Assembly (NCBI RefSeq): GCF_044904565.1
Contig: NZ_JADIKD010000011.1
Span: 101,724 to 165,723 of the forward strand
Source: Dyella koreensis
Lineage (GTDB): Bacteria > Pseudomonadota > Gammaproteobacteria > Xanthomonadales > Rhodanobacteraceae
Length of the DNA stretch: 64,000 bases
Direction: 5' to 3'
Part shown: in pieces, positions 1 to 13,700 of the stretch
Numbering within the stretch: position 1 is the first letter of the stretch
Layout of the letters: every line of letters begins with the position of its first letter
Notes under the pieces: model-generated
What the model was told of the DNA's origin: nothing
The model's database searches: none
Seen by the model: the letters and a program-made list of their open reading frames with translations, nothing else
Position numbers and translations under genes: made by a program

Positions 1-666
1 CGATGTCGCCCACTAGGGTGGCCATGTGTCCCTGTTCGCCGACGGAGGCGTGGTGTTCGACCATGCTCAGCTCGGCACCTTCGCCGAGCTCGATCACGTG
101 ACGCAGATGCCAGCCGTAATCCGCTTCGGCGGTTGCGCCAATGAACAGCAAGTGCAACGGCTGCGCGATCTTCATGCCCGCGGCGACCCGCAGGACCACG
201 CCATCACCGGCAAGCGCGGCATTGAGGCGCGCGAACGCGTCGCCGGCTTCGCGGTAGTGACGCGTCAGTGCGAAGCGCAGCGATTCGGCGTCGCTGCGCA
301 ACGCCTGCGACAGCGGCAACAGCGTCAGGCCGGCCGGCAGGTCAGACAGCGATGAGAGATCGGCACGAAACACGCCATTGACGAAGACCAGTCGCGGCCC
401 ATCGATGCCGGGCAGCAAGAATGCAGCGAGATCCACCGCACGCGTGGCGGCCTGCTCGTCGCCATGCGCAAAGCTGCGCTGGCCCAAGGCGCGCAGCGCG
501 GTGTACTTCCAGGCCTCTACCCGTGTATCGGGCAGACCTTCGGCTTCAAACGCCGCGAGATTCTCGCGCCGTGCCGCATTCAGCCACGCGATATCGCTGC
601 CCGGTAGCCGCTCCAGCGCCGCCGATGCGAGCAGCGACTCGACGAACGGCGTGCGCACCGGCTGAC

Positions 667-671
<5 letters not shown>
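1..671 (-). CDS. sufD: Fe-S cluster assembly protein SufD (N-terminal part; C-terminus lies beyond the window edge)
   Basis: Manual minus-strand translation from the ATG at 669-671 gives MSQPVRTPFVESLLASAALERLPGS..., which is SufD-like. The ATG overlaps the sufC stop (ATGA), and the position is directly downstream of sufBC. Confidence 0.6.
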
Positions 672-1434
<763 letters not shown>

Positions 1435-1436
1435 GG

Positions 1437-1882
1437 TCACTTCAGTTCCGCGGAATGCTTGATGGAGCCGGCGCAGACATCGCCTTCCTGCGCGCCGTCG
1501 AGCCAGGCTTTCAATTGCTCGGTGCGCTGCTGGGTAAGACGCGCCTTGGCCTGCCCCACGCACATGGGATAGGACGAGCCGTACTGCGCGCCGGCATTTT
1601 CGTTCTTGCCTACCGGATAGAGGGCGTCCACTTCCGCATCACGGAACTGCAGCCACAGCTTTTGGGAAGCCTTGAGCTTCTCCAGAAACACCGGTTGATC
1701 CTTGTACTTGGTCTGGATGGCTTTCCAGACCCGGTTGAGCTCCTGGTCCGCCTTGGTGAAATCGCCGGCCGAACAGGCATTCAATGCGGCTTGCGAACCG
1801 GCTTGGTCGCAGGCGGCCTGCGGACCAGCGGCAAAGGCGGCGAACGGCACGGCGAACATCAGAGCAAACAACGCGATGCGCT

Positions 1883-1886
<4 letters not shown>
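1437..1886 (-). CDS. DUF1311 (LprI-like lysozyme-inhibitor family) secreted protein inserted between sufB and sufC
   Basis: 149 aa: [57 protein letters not shown]... It has a signal peptide and a DUF1311-type Cys/ELN motif. Its ATG overlaps the sufB stop, and there is a 2-nt gap to sufC. Confidence 0.7.
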
Positions 1887-3351
<1,465 letters not shown>

Positions 3352-3355
<4 letters not shown>

Positions 3356-3813
3356 GCGTGGGTCCTGCCTTTCAATTCACTGAGTGCCACGGTCGCAACC
3401 GGTGGGCGCGACGGCGGCTTGAGCATGTCGGCCAGACTCACCGCGCGCAGCGCGTTGTCCACCACATGACTCACCAACTGCCAGCTGCCGCGCACGGTGC
3501 ATTGCGATTCGCGATCGCACTGCCCTTCGACAAGGCCGCATTCGGTCATGCCGATCGGTCCTTCCATCGCCTCGACGATCTGCGCCAGCGAGATCGCTTC
3601 CGCAGGACGCGCCAGGCGATAGCCGCCGTTGACGCCGCGGAACGACTCGACCAGGCCGGCATGGCCCAGCGACTTGAGCAGCTTGCTGACCGTCGGCAAC
3701 TCCAGGCGCGCCTCGTCGGCGATCTGCGCCGTGCTGAGTACGTCGTGCGGATGGGCGGCGATGCAGGTCATCACCACCGTGGCGTAGTCGGTTAGGCGGC
3801 TGACTCGGAGCAT
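3352..3813 (-). CDS. iscR: Rrf2-family transcriptional regulator (IscR/SufR-like)
   Basis: [49 protein letters not shown]... is an Rrf2 HTH with a [14 protein letters not shown] cysteine cluster. The start at 3813 overlaps the sufB start/stop region, so it is the first gene of the suf operon. Confidence 0.85.
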
Positions 3814-3922
3814 GGGGTGGGAGCGGGATCGACCGGCTTTAATCGGGACCAAAATGGTACTGATTAAGCCGCCTTTGGTCAATGCGCCGCATTGCACCAA
3901 GAACACCCAATCCTTGCTGCCA

Positions 3923-3938
3923 TGGCACCACATTGGCG
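3923..3938 (+). promoter_or_regulatory. Putative sigma-54 (-24/-12) promoter for glnK-amtB
   Basis: TGGCAC-N5-TGGC (GG at 3924-25, GC at 3936-37, 10-nt spacing), about 115 nt upstream of the glnK ATG. Confidence 0.35.
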
Positions 3939-3981
3939 CCTCTTGCATCCAAGATCCGAGTCAACTCACTGATTTTATTAA

Positions 3982-5737
<1,756 letters not shown>

Positions 5738-5764
5738 GCACTAAAACGCGGCAAGAAAAAAGGC

Positions 5765-5805
5765 CCGCAAGCGATGCTTGCGGGCCTTTTTTTCTTGCAT
5801 GCACA
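5765..5805. terminator. Bidirectional rho-independent terminator after amtB
   Basis: AAAAAAGGCCCGCAAGC-gat-GCTTGCGGGCCTTTTTTT. Confidence 0.8.
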
Positions 5806-5830
5806 AGCGAGCCGGCAACAGATCTCTAAA

Positions 5831-5880
5831 ATCGAAGCGCTTCACTACTGGATCCCTGCCTACGCAGGGATGACGAAGTA
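5831..5880. repeat. 3' module of the composite intergenic repeat family (copy 1 of 3)
   Basis: atcgaagcgcttcactactggatCCCTGCctacGCAGGGatgacgaag, with an 8-bp palindrome. It is near-identical to the modules at 12197-12248 and 41141-41216. Confidence 0.7.
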
Positions 5881-5940
5881 GACACGGTGAGCCGAGCACT
5901 CACTCCTCCCAGCCCCCTAGGGGGAGAGGGAACCAAAGGA

Positions 5941-8900
5941 CTACACCGAAGCGTCGAGCCGCATACGGCTCCCACCCCTCCCCTCGATCCAGTCATAAAG
6001 CACCGGCAACAACACCAACGTCAGCAACGTAGACGTCAACAACCCGCCCACCACCACCGTCGCCAGCGGCCGCTGCGTCTCCGCGCCCACCCCGCTCGAT
6101 AACAACATCGGCACCAGGCCAAGAATCGCCACGCTCGCCGTCATCAATACCGGCCGCAATCGCAACGCCGTCCCACGCACCACCGCCTCGCGCACATCCA
6201 GCCCCTTGTCGCGCAGTTCGTTGAGGAAGCTCACCAGCACAATGCCATTGAGCATCGCCACACCAAACACCGCGATAAACCCGATCGCCGACGGCACCGA
6301 CAAGTACTGTCCCGTGATCGCCAGCGCCACCAGTCCGCCTATCGTCGCGAACGGCACATTGGCCAGGATAAGCGCGGCATACCGCATCGAGTTGAACGCG
6401 GTATAGAGCAGGATGAAGATAAAGAAGATCGTCGCCGGCACGATCAGCGCCAGCCGCCCCAGCGCGCGCTGCTGGTTCTCGAACGCACCGCCCCACTCCG
6501 TCCAATAGCCCGCCGGCAGCTTCACCTGCTGCGCGATAGCCGCATTGGCTTCCTTCACGAAACCGTCGATATCGCGTCCGCGCACATCCATCTGGATCAC
6601 CGCATAACGCTGCAACTGCTCGCGACGCACAAAGGAATAGCCTTCCGCCGTGCTGACCTCGGCCACCTTCTCAAGCGGCACGATGCTGCCGTTGGCGGAG
6701 CGCAGCGGGATCTGCCGGATCGAAGCGATGGACGCTCTCGACGCATCGTCGAGCCGCGCGGTGATATCGAAGCGGCGCACGCCGTCGATCAGGCTGCTCA
6801 ACGCTTCACCACCGATGCCGTTCTTCACCACGGTCAGCACATCCTCCGCATTCAAGCCATAACGAGCCAAGGCCTCGCGATCCACACCAATCCGGATCTG
6901 CGGCTTGCCAAGATTGGCTTCCAACGCCAGATCGGCCACACCCGGTACGTTGGCAAGAATGCCCTTGACCTTCGCACTGAGCCGGTCCAACTGTCCCAGA
7001 TCGTCGCCGTAAAGCTTGAGCGCCAGCGTGGCACGCACACCGGAGACCAGTTCCTCAATGCGCATCTGGATCGGCTGGGTGAAGCCGACCACAGCGGTGG
7101 GCAACTCTTTTTCCAGCGCCTCCTGCATATCGCGCTCCAGGCTTTCCAGGCTCACGCCTTTGCGCCAGGTTTCCTTCGCTTTGAGTGGCGTATAGATCTC
7201 CATGTAATTCACATCGGCCGTTTCGCCTTTCTCCGCACGGCCTATCATCGACAGCGTGGTTTCGACCTCGGGGAAATCGCGCTTGAACAGAGCCGCGATT
7301 TTGTTCGAGATGGCGATGGACTCATCCAGCGACGCCGAGGGAATCGATGTGACGCGCCACATGATGGCGCCCTCGCGTAAGTTGGGCATGAATTCCTTGC
7401 CAAGCAGCGGGAACAAGGCGAGGCTGCCGAGCAAGGCGACGCATGCGCCAGCCAGTACACCGCGGCGATGGTTCAGGGCCCAACCCAGCAGCGGCACATA
7501 AGTCCGCTTGAGCCATGCGACCAGCCAGGTGTCCTTCTCTTCCTTGGGTTTCAGCAGCAAGGCTGCCAGCACCGGAATCAGGGTCAGCGCCAGCAGCAGC
7601 GAACCCACCATGGCGAAGCTGATGTTGAACGCCATCGGCTTGAACATCTTGCCTTCGAGCCCTTGCAGACTGAAGAGCGGCAGGAATACCACCACGATGA
7701 TGGCGATGGCGAAGGTGATCGGATTGGCCACCTCGCGCGCCGCCATCAACACGGCCGCGGTGCGATCCACTTCGCCGCCCTGTGCGCGCTGCTCGGCCAT
7801 GATGCGGAATGCGTTCTCCACCATCACCACCGCGCCGTCCACCATCATGCCGATGCCGATCGCCAGACCGGCCAGCGACATCAGATTGGCGGAAAGCCCG
7901 GCCTTCTCCATGCCGATGAAGGCCATCAGCATCGCCAGCGGCAACGCCACGATCACCACTACCGCGCTGCGGAACTCGCCCAGGAAAAGGAACAGCACCA
8001 GCGCCACCAGCAGCGAGCCCTCCACCAGCGCACGCACCGCCGTACCCACCGCCTTGTTTACCAGCTCGGTGCGTTCGTATACCGGCTTGACCTCGACACC
8101 GGCCGGCAGGGCCTGCCGCACGGTGTCGAGACGCGCGTTGACGGCATCGACCACGCTCTTCGCGTTTTCGCCGATGCGCGCGAGCGCCTGCCCCATCACC
8201 ACTTCCTTGCCATCACGGGTCACCGCACCAAAGCGCGGCGCGGGCGCCTGAGTCACCATCGCGACATCGCGCACGTAGACCGGCGTACCGTCCGTACTCT
8301 TCAGCACGATGTTGCCGATGTCCTCGGCATTGCGGACCAGCCCCAGTCCACGCACCAGGTATTGCTCGCGCCCCACGTCGACGTAGTTGCCGCCAACCTG
8401 TGCGTTATTCGCCTCCAGCGCTGCCATCACCTCGCGGAAACCCAGGCCGTGTGCGATCAGGCGGCTCGGATCAATGCGCACTTGATACTGCCGTTCGCCA
8501 CCGCCCCAGGACACCACATCGTCCACACCCGGCGCAGTGCGCAGGATCAGGCGCACCGTCCAGTCCTGCAGCGTGCGCAGATCCATATCGCTGGTGTTCT
8601 GCATGGCCTTGTCGGCCCGCTCCACCGTGTACCAGAACACCTGACCAAGACCGGACGTGTTCGGCCCCATCTCCGGCTTGCCATAGCCGGCCGGCAGACG
8701 GTCGCCGACCTGTTGCAAGCGCTCGTTCACCAACTGGCGCGCGAAATAGATGTCCATATCGTCGTCGAAATAGACTGACACATAGGAAAGACCGAACAGG
8801 CTGACCGAACGTATTTCCTGCACCTTGGGCAGGCCGGCCAGCGCCGACTCCACCGGCGTGGTCAGCAATTGCTCCACATCTTCCGCGGCGAGTCCGGCCG

Positions 8901-9057
8901 ATTCCGTGTAGACGTTGACCTGTACCGGCGTGACATCGGGAAAGGCATCGATGGGTACCTGGCGCATCGCGCGCCAGCCGAGGAAGCCGATCACCACGAA
9001 CAGGATGATGACCAGCAATTTGTAGCGCAACGAGAGTTCGACGAGTCGAGTCAGCAT
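5941..9057 (-). CDS. czcA: CusA/CzcA-family heavy-metal efflux RND transporter
   Basis: About 1038 aa (MLTRLVELSLRYKLLVIILFVV...) with the HME-RND motif GLAIGIGMMVDGAVVMVEN. The ATG at 9055-57 lies 1 nt from the czcB stop. Confidence 0.93.
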   Translation of the reverse strand: MLTRLVELSLRYKLLVIILFVVIGFLGWRAMRQVPIDAFPDVTPVQVNVYTESAGLAAEDVEQLLTTPVESALAGLPKVQEIRSVSLFGLSYVSVYFDDDMDIYFARQLVNERLQQVGDRLPAGYGKPEMGPNTSGLGQVFWYTVERADKAMQNTSDMDLRTLQDWTVRLILRTAPGVDDVVSWGGGERQYQVRIDPSRLIAHGLGFREVMAALEANNAQVGGNYVDVGREQYLVRGLGLVRNAEDIGNIVLKSTDGTPVYVRDVAMVTQAPAPRFGAVTRDGKEVVMGQALARIGENAKSVVDAVNARLDTVRQALPAGVEVKPVYERTELVNKAVGTAVRALVEGSLLVALVLFLFLGEFRSAVVVIVALPLAMLMAFIGMEKAGLSANLMSLAGLAIGIGMMVDGAVVMVENAFRIMAEQRAQGGEVDRTAAVLMAAREVANPITFAIAIIVVVFLPLFSLQGLEGKMFKPMAFNISFAMVGSLLLALTLIPVLAALLLKPKEEKDTWLVAWLKRTYVPLLGWALNHRRGVLAGACVALLGSLALFPLLGKEFMPNLREGAIMWRVTSIPSASLDESIAISNKIAALFKRDFPEVETTLSMIGRAEKGETADVNYMEIYTPLKAKETWRKGVSLESLERDMQEALEKELPTAVVGFTQPIQMRIEELVSGVRATLALKLYGDDLGQLDRLSAKVKGILANVPGVADLALEANLGKPQIRIGVDREALARYGLNAEDVLTVVKNGIGGEALSSLIDGVRRFDITARLDDASRASIASIRQIPLRSANGSIVPLEKVAEVSTAEGYSFVRREQLQRYAVIQMDVRGRDIDGFVKEANAAIAQQVKLPAGYWTEWGGAFENQQRALGRLALIVPATIFFIFILLYTAFNSMRYAALILANVPFATIGGLVALAITGQYLSVPSAIGFIAVFGVAMLNGIVLVSFLNELRDKGLDVREAVVRGTALRLRPVLMTASVAILGLVPMLLSSGVGAETQRPLATVVVGGLLTSTLLTLVLLPVLYDWIEGRGGSRMRLDASV

Positions 9058-9058
9058 G

Positions 9059-10159
9059 TCAGTGCCCATCCCCACCGATCTGCGACTTCAGTAATCGCGC
9101 CTTCAACGCGAAAGCTCCCTTGACCACCACGGGCGCGCCTGGCTTCAGTCCATCGCGTATCACTGTCCAGCCGCCCTGGCTGTCGCCGGGGGCCACGGGT
9201 ACCGGCTCGAAACGTCCCTGGCCTGCGGCAACGAACACGGTGGGCTGGTTCTGCATCAGCAAGATCGCCTCATCCGGTACGGCAAGCGCATCGCGCCCTT
9301 CACCCGCGGCAATGAACGTGTCGACAAACTCGCCGTTATGCAGCAGGTCATCGCGGTTGCTTGCTTCGATGCGCACCGGCACGGTGCGCGTCTGCTCGCT
9401 GGCTTGGTGCGGCAACTGCACGACCTTGCCGCTGATGGTCTGGCCATGCGCCTCGATCCGCGCGGTACTGCCGCGCTGCACCCGCCCAGCCTCCGCCGGT
9501 GCCAGCTGCGCCTGTATCCACACGCTGTCTTCGTCGACCAGCGTGAATAGTGTGCGGCCAGGCTCGATACGTTCGCCGAGCATGAATTCATCGGTGGTGA
9601 TGCGGCCATCGGCAGGCGCCAACAGCTCGAAGGTTCCATCCGCGCGCGACGAGCCGCCACGCAGCAAGGCAGTGATCTGACCGTCGCTCAACCCATAGGC
9701 GCGCAAGCGCGCCCTCGCCTGATCGCGCTGTACTTTCACTTCGGTGTAGCGCCGCTCGGAAACAGCCTGCGCCCCCAGCGAACTCACGCGCTGCCATTCG
9801 CGCTCGCCAACGATCAATGCACCTTGCGCCTCAGCCACCTCCACACTGGAGAGCGTCACTAACGGCGCACCGGCCTTCACGCTATCGCCCAGCCGCGCCT
9901 GGCGCTTCACCACTTGTGCGGGCACGCGTGGCGATACCAGCACGGTAGCGTAGCCGTTCGCCTTCACTTCGCCCGGCGCCTTGATCTCGCCCTGCAAGCG
10001 GCGCACCGCTGCCGGCGCGGTCACAATGCCCTCCGCCTTGATCGCCGCGGTGTCGAGCGTGAGCGCGCTACCCGAGTCCGACGTGTCAGCCATGGCCGAT
10101 CCGGATAGGGTGGCGAGGACCAGCCACAGCGATGTAGCGCTGAAAATCATCTTGTTCAT
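9059..10159 (-). CDS. czcB: Efflux RND periplasmic adaptor subunit (CzcB/CusB family)
   Basis: 366 aa with a signal peptide and membrane-fusion-protein architecture. Confidence 0.9.
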   Translation of the reverse strand: MNKMIFSATSLWLVLATLSGSAMADTSDSGSALTLDTAAIKAEGIVTAPAAVRRLQGEIKAPGEVKANGYATVLVSPRVPAQVVKRQARLGDSVKAGAPLVTLSSVEVAEAQGALIVGEREWQRVSSLGAQAVSERRYTEVKVQRDQARARLRAYGLSDGQITALLRGGSSRADGTFELLAPADGRITTDEFMLGERIEPGRTLFTLVDEDSVWIQAQLAPAEAGRVQRGSTARIEAHGQTISGKVVQLPHQASEQTRTVPVRIEASNRDDLLHNGEFVDTFIAAGEGRDALAVPDEAILLMQNQPTVFVAAGQGRFEPVPVAPGDSQGGWTVIRDGLKPGAPVVVKGAFALKARLLKSQIGGDGH

Positions 10160-11454
10160 CGAGAAGAATCCTTGTCGTCGGCGCCGGTCCAGGCGATCAG
10201 CCGGCCTGCCGCACTGAGGTGATCAATCCAGGCTTGCCAGGTTTCGTTCTCCAGTGCGATGCCGGAGAGCGCGGTATCGAGGCTCTGCTTGAGTTGCACG
10301 AGGTAATCGGAGGTGCCGATCTCGCCGGCCTGCCACAGACGCTCCAGCAAGGCGGCGCGCTCGTCGAAAGCGGCCGCGCGGCTGCCGCTGAAAGCCACGC
10401 TGGCGTCGCGCAATGCGGCATAACGCTGTTCGCTTTCGCGCTGTCGCGCCCGCGAAGCCAACCGCTGCGCGTCGAGTCCAGCCAGGGCTGCGTCTGCTTC
10501 GGCACGAGCCGAGTCGACCTCCGCGCGATAGCTGTTGCGCACCGGCAATGGCACGGTCAGGTTCAAGCCGACTACGTTCTGGCTCATTCCCGCGCCGGGA
10601 CCGGTACGCACGCGGCCGCCCGTCAGCGCAATCACCGGATCGGGCACACGCTGTCGCTGAGCCACGCGGATACCCGCGTCGGCACTCTCGACACGCGCCT
10701 GCGCCTGGCGCATCTCAGGTAGTGGTTCCGATGGCATGGGTGGTCCATTGACTATCGCCGGCAAGCTGCGCAACACGAGCGAGCCAGGCGTATCCGTCGG
10801 ACCACCCAGAGCAACCAGCGCTGCCTGCACACCCGCGGCACGACCGAGCAACGCCGCCTGCTGCGCCTGCGCCTCGCTCAACGCAAGCGCCGCCAGATCG
10901 CGCTCGGTGATGCTGATATCGCCGACCTTCAAACGGCGTTCCGCCAGCTCCGCGAAGCGCTGCATCAACTCGACGCGCCGCCTGCCAAGTTCGGTCTCAC
11001 GCACGGCCAACCCCGCAGCGAACCAGGCCTTCAGCCAGCGCACCGCGATATCACGACGCGCCTGGTCATAACCGGCACGTGCGGCAACCACACCCGCCTC
11101 ACCCACCGCGCGGCGCGCCTCACGCTTGCCCGAAAGATCGAGCGCAAGACTCAGACCCACGGTGCGCCGATCCACATCCGCATTTTCCGCGGACAACGCC
11201 AGCTCGGGGTTATAAAGCGGCTGCCCCGCGGCGCGCGCACGCGCGCTTGCCGCCTCCAGCTCCGCGCGAGCCACGCGCACCTCGGGACTCAGCGTCCACA
11301 GCTCGCGAATGGCGCGCCTGATCTCCTCCGGCGCGGATTGATCCACGGGTGCCACAACAGCAGCCGCAGATTGCGCCAACACAGGCCCAACCCCAAAGCT
11401 GGCGCACGCAAACGCACACAGGACACCCCAAGGTGCCCGCAACAGAAAACGCAT
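10156..11454 (-). CDS. czcC: TolC-family outer membrane efflux protein (CzcC/CusC)
   Basis: 432 aa with a signal peptide and outer-membrane-factor repeats. Its stop overlaps the czcB start. Confidence 0.9.
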   Translation of the reverse strand: MRFLLRAPWGVLCAFACASFGVGPVLAQSAAAVVAPVDQSAPEEIRRAIRELWTLSPEVRVARAELEAASARARAAGQPLYNPELALSAENADVDRRTVGLSLALDLSGKREARRAVGEAGVVAARAGYDQARRDIAVRWLKAWFAAGLAVRETELGRRRVELMQRFAELAERRLKVGDISITERDLAALALSEAQAQQAALLGRAAGVQAALVALGGPTDTPGSLVLRSLPAIVNGPPMPSEPLPEMRQAQARVESADAGIRVAQRQRVPDPVIALTGGRVRTGPGAGMSQNVVGLNLTVPLPVRNSYRAEVDSARAEADAALAGLDAQRLASRARQRESEQRYAALRDASVAFSGSRAAAFDERAALLERLWQAGEIGTSDYLVQLKQSLDTALSGIALENETWQAWIDHLSAAGRLIAWTGADDKDSSR

Positions 11455-11517
11455 GACAGAAACTCCTGAATTCCATCCACGCGCACGCAGAAAGCGCGCA
11501 CGACCTTCACGGATGGA

Positions 11518-11898
11518 TCAGGCGATCGGAGGCCTCAAAGGACTCTGCGCAGGTGGCGACCGCACCCACGATTGCATGGCGACAAAAGCGTGCGCCGGCT
11601 GCAGCGCCGGCCAAATCATCAACGCGTCGCTCGCCAAAGGCGTCGCGTGAGTGCAATTGCAATGACAGCCACCCGCACCGTCATGCCAACACGATGCGGC
11701 CCCATCATCCTGAGCAACCGCTTTCCCGGACTCGACAAGCACCGTCCGTGCCCCATCCGCAGCATCAACCTGCCCACTATCAGCAGCAAGACAAGCCGTG
11801 CCCACCGCCAGCTTCAACACCATTAGCAACGCAAACATCCAAGCCGCACCAGACAAGCGGCGGCGAAGGCGAGTCAATAGGGGCCGATGGGGAAACAT
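11518..11898 (-). CDS. Small hypothetical exported Cys/His-motif protein upstream of czcCBA (CzcI-like position)
   Basis: MFPHRPLLTRLRRRLSGAAWMFALLMVLKLAVGTACLAADSG...CWHDGAGGCHCNCTH... It has a signal-like N-terminus and a CxxxxxxxCHCNCTH cluster. GC3 is lower than in neighbouring genes, and the call is weak. Confidence 0.4.
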   Translation of the reverse strand: MFPHRPLLTRLRRRLSGAAWMFALLMVLKLAVGTACLAADSGQVDAADGARTVLVESGKAVAQDDGAASCWHDGAGGCHCNCTHATPLASDALMIWPALQPAHAFVAMQSWVRSPPAQSPLRPPIA

Positions 11899-12034
11899 GC
11901 GGAACACTCTAGGCGACGAGCCCGCTGTTAGACAATTTCATTTGCTTATCGAGTGTCCACATTGGAGCCATGTGCGCGAAAGCGAGTTCGTGCGGTGATA
12001 AGGGCTGGACGATCAGGCCCGGAAAAATGTCCCG

Positions 12035-12248
12035 ACGCCTGACACTGGAAAAGGCGTAGCTACAGAGCACGCCGCCTGCTCTTCAGGCCATTTCTCTTTG
12101 GTTACTTTCTCTTTGGGCCAGCAAAGAGAAAGTGACCCGGACCGCGGCAGCGGTTCGGAAGCCCGCGGCAGGCGAGCCAGAGCACGCAGACGCGACAATC
12201 GAAGCGCACCACTACTGGATTCCGGCCTTCGCCGGAATGACGAAGCAG
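12035..12248. repeat. Composite MITE-like intergenic repeat, full copy A
   Basis: The 5' module (gacgcctgacactggaaaaggcg...ggttactttctctttgggccagcaaagagaaagtgacc hairpin...ccgcggcagcggttcggaagcccgcggcagg) plus the 3' module (cactactggATTCCGGCcttcGCCGGAATgacgaag) is about 95% identical to 40911-41216. Confidence 0.75.
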
Positions 12249-12301
12249 AAACGATATCGCAAGGGCCAAACCTTCAGCCCCCATGAGGAGAGGAAGAACG
12301 G

Positions 12302-13588
12302 CTACAGCCGCCCATCCACCGCCCCCACCGGCAACACCGCCTTCACATCAAAAATCACCGCCCCCGGCTTACCAAGCGCGCGAATCCGCTCCGCCCCCCA
12401 CTCCCGAAACTCCCGATGCGCCACGGCCAAAATAATGGCGTCATAAGCCCCGTCGGCAAGCTCCGCCACCGTACCCACCCGGTACTCCACCCGCGCCTCC
12501 TGCGCATCGATCCACGGATCAAACACATCCACCTGCGCATGCGACAACTCCAGCTCGCGCACGATGTCGACCACTCGCGTATTGCGCAGATCCGGACAGT
12601 TCTCCTTGAACGCAAAACCAAGTACCAGCACGCGTGCATCGACGATATGCAAACGCCGCTCGCTCATCAGGCGGATCACGCGATCCGCCACGTAACTACC
12701 CATGCGGCTGTTGATACGGCGCGCCGTGAGAATCAGCTCGGGGTGGTAGCCGGTGACTTCGGCCTTGTGCGTCAGGTAGTACGGATCCACGCTGATGCAA
12801 TGACCACCCACCAGACCGGGGCGGAACGGCAAGAAGTTCCACTTGGTACCAGCAGCAGCCAGCACTTCCTCGGTATCGATGCCGAGCCGGTGGAAGATCA
12901 GCGCGAGTTCGTTGACCAGCGCAATGTTGACGTCGCGCTGCACGTTCTCGATCACCTTCGCGGACTCCGCCACGCGGATCGATGACGTCTTGTGGGTGCC
13001 CGCACGAATAGTGGTGCGGTACAGCGCATCCACTCGCTCCGCTACTTCCGGCGTGGAGCCGGAGGTGAGTTTGGTGATGTCGGTGACGCGGCGCGCGTGG
13101 TCGCCGGGATTGATGCGCTCGGGACTGTAGCCACAGAAGAAATCGGCATTGAAGACCAGCCCGGAACCCTGCTCCAGCAGTGGCACACAAACCTCTTCGG
13201 TGGTACCTGGATACACAGTGGATTCGAACACCACCACATCGCCGCGCTTGAGCAGGTCTGCCAGCATGCGGCAGGCGGACTGCAACGGCTTGAGATCCGG
13301 CCGCTGCGCCTCGTCGATCGGCGTCGGCACAGTGACGATGTAGACGTTGCAATCGCGCAGGCCATCGAGCTGGTGCGCATAACGCAGCCGCGTCGCGGCA
13401 CGCAGCTGTTCGGCCGAGGTCTCCAGCGTGTGGTCACTGCCGCCTTCCAGCTCGGCCACGCGCGCCGCATTGATATCGAAGCCGATCGTATCGAAATGCT
13501 TGCCGAACTCCACCGCGAGCGGCAGGCCGACATAGCCCAGGCCAATGATGCCGATGCGTGTTGCCGTGCTTTCCATGAATTCGCTCAT
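12302..13588 (-). CDS. wbpA: UDP-N-acetyl-D-glucosamine 6-dehydrogenase (WbpA/TviB-like nucleotide-sugar dehydrogenase)
   Basis: TRIGIIGLGYVGLPLAVEFGK...GFDINAARVAEL...VGGHCISVDPYYL. It is near-colinear with WbpA from memory. Confidence 0.85.
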   Translation of the reverse strand: MSEFMESTATRIGIIGLGYVGLPLAVEFGKHFDTIGFDINAARVAELEGGSDHTLETSAEQLRAATRLRYAHQLDGLRDCNVYIVTVPTPIDEAQRPDLKPLQSACRMLADLLKRGDVVVFESTVYPGTTEEVCVPLLEQGSGLVFNADFFCGYSPERINPGDHARRVTDITKLTSGSTPEVAERVDALYRTTIRAGTHKTSSIRVAESAKVIENVQRDVNIALVNELALIFHRLGIDTEEVLAAAGTKWNFLPFRPGLVGGHCISVDPYYLTHKAEVTGYHPELILTARRINSRMGSYVADRVIRLMSERRLHIVDARVLVLGFAFKENCPDLRNTRVVDIVRELELSHAQVDVFDPWIDAQEARVEYRVGTVAELADGAYDAIILAVAHREFREWGAERIRALGKPGAVIFDVKAVLPVGAVDGRL

Positions 13589-13700
13589 AACCCCCGCCCG
13601 CCGTAACAAGCGGTGCAGATTACAGGAGGCGGTCAGCTCCCGGCAGCGCATCACACCCCGGTTCCGGCTAAGCTGACCGCATCATCAACCTTCGCCAGCC

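Noticed and set aside
3934-3948. Second possible sigma-54 site, TGGCGC-N4-TGCAT.
   Set aside because: GG-to-GC spacing is 8 nt instead of the required 10.
5895-5935. ccccctaggggg palindrome between amtB and cusA as a possible regulatory operator.
   Set aside because: It lies between convergent gene ends with no promoter context. It is more likely part of the repeat/terminator debris.
11553-11912. Plus-strand 119-aa ORF (Pro/Gln/His-rich) in the czc upstream region.
   Set aside because: Compositionally non-protein-like, with no signal or motifs. The minus-strand ORF is the more plausible, though still weak, coding candidate.
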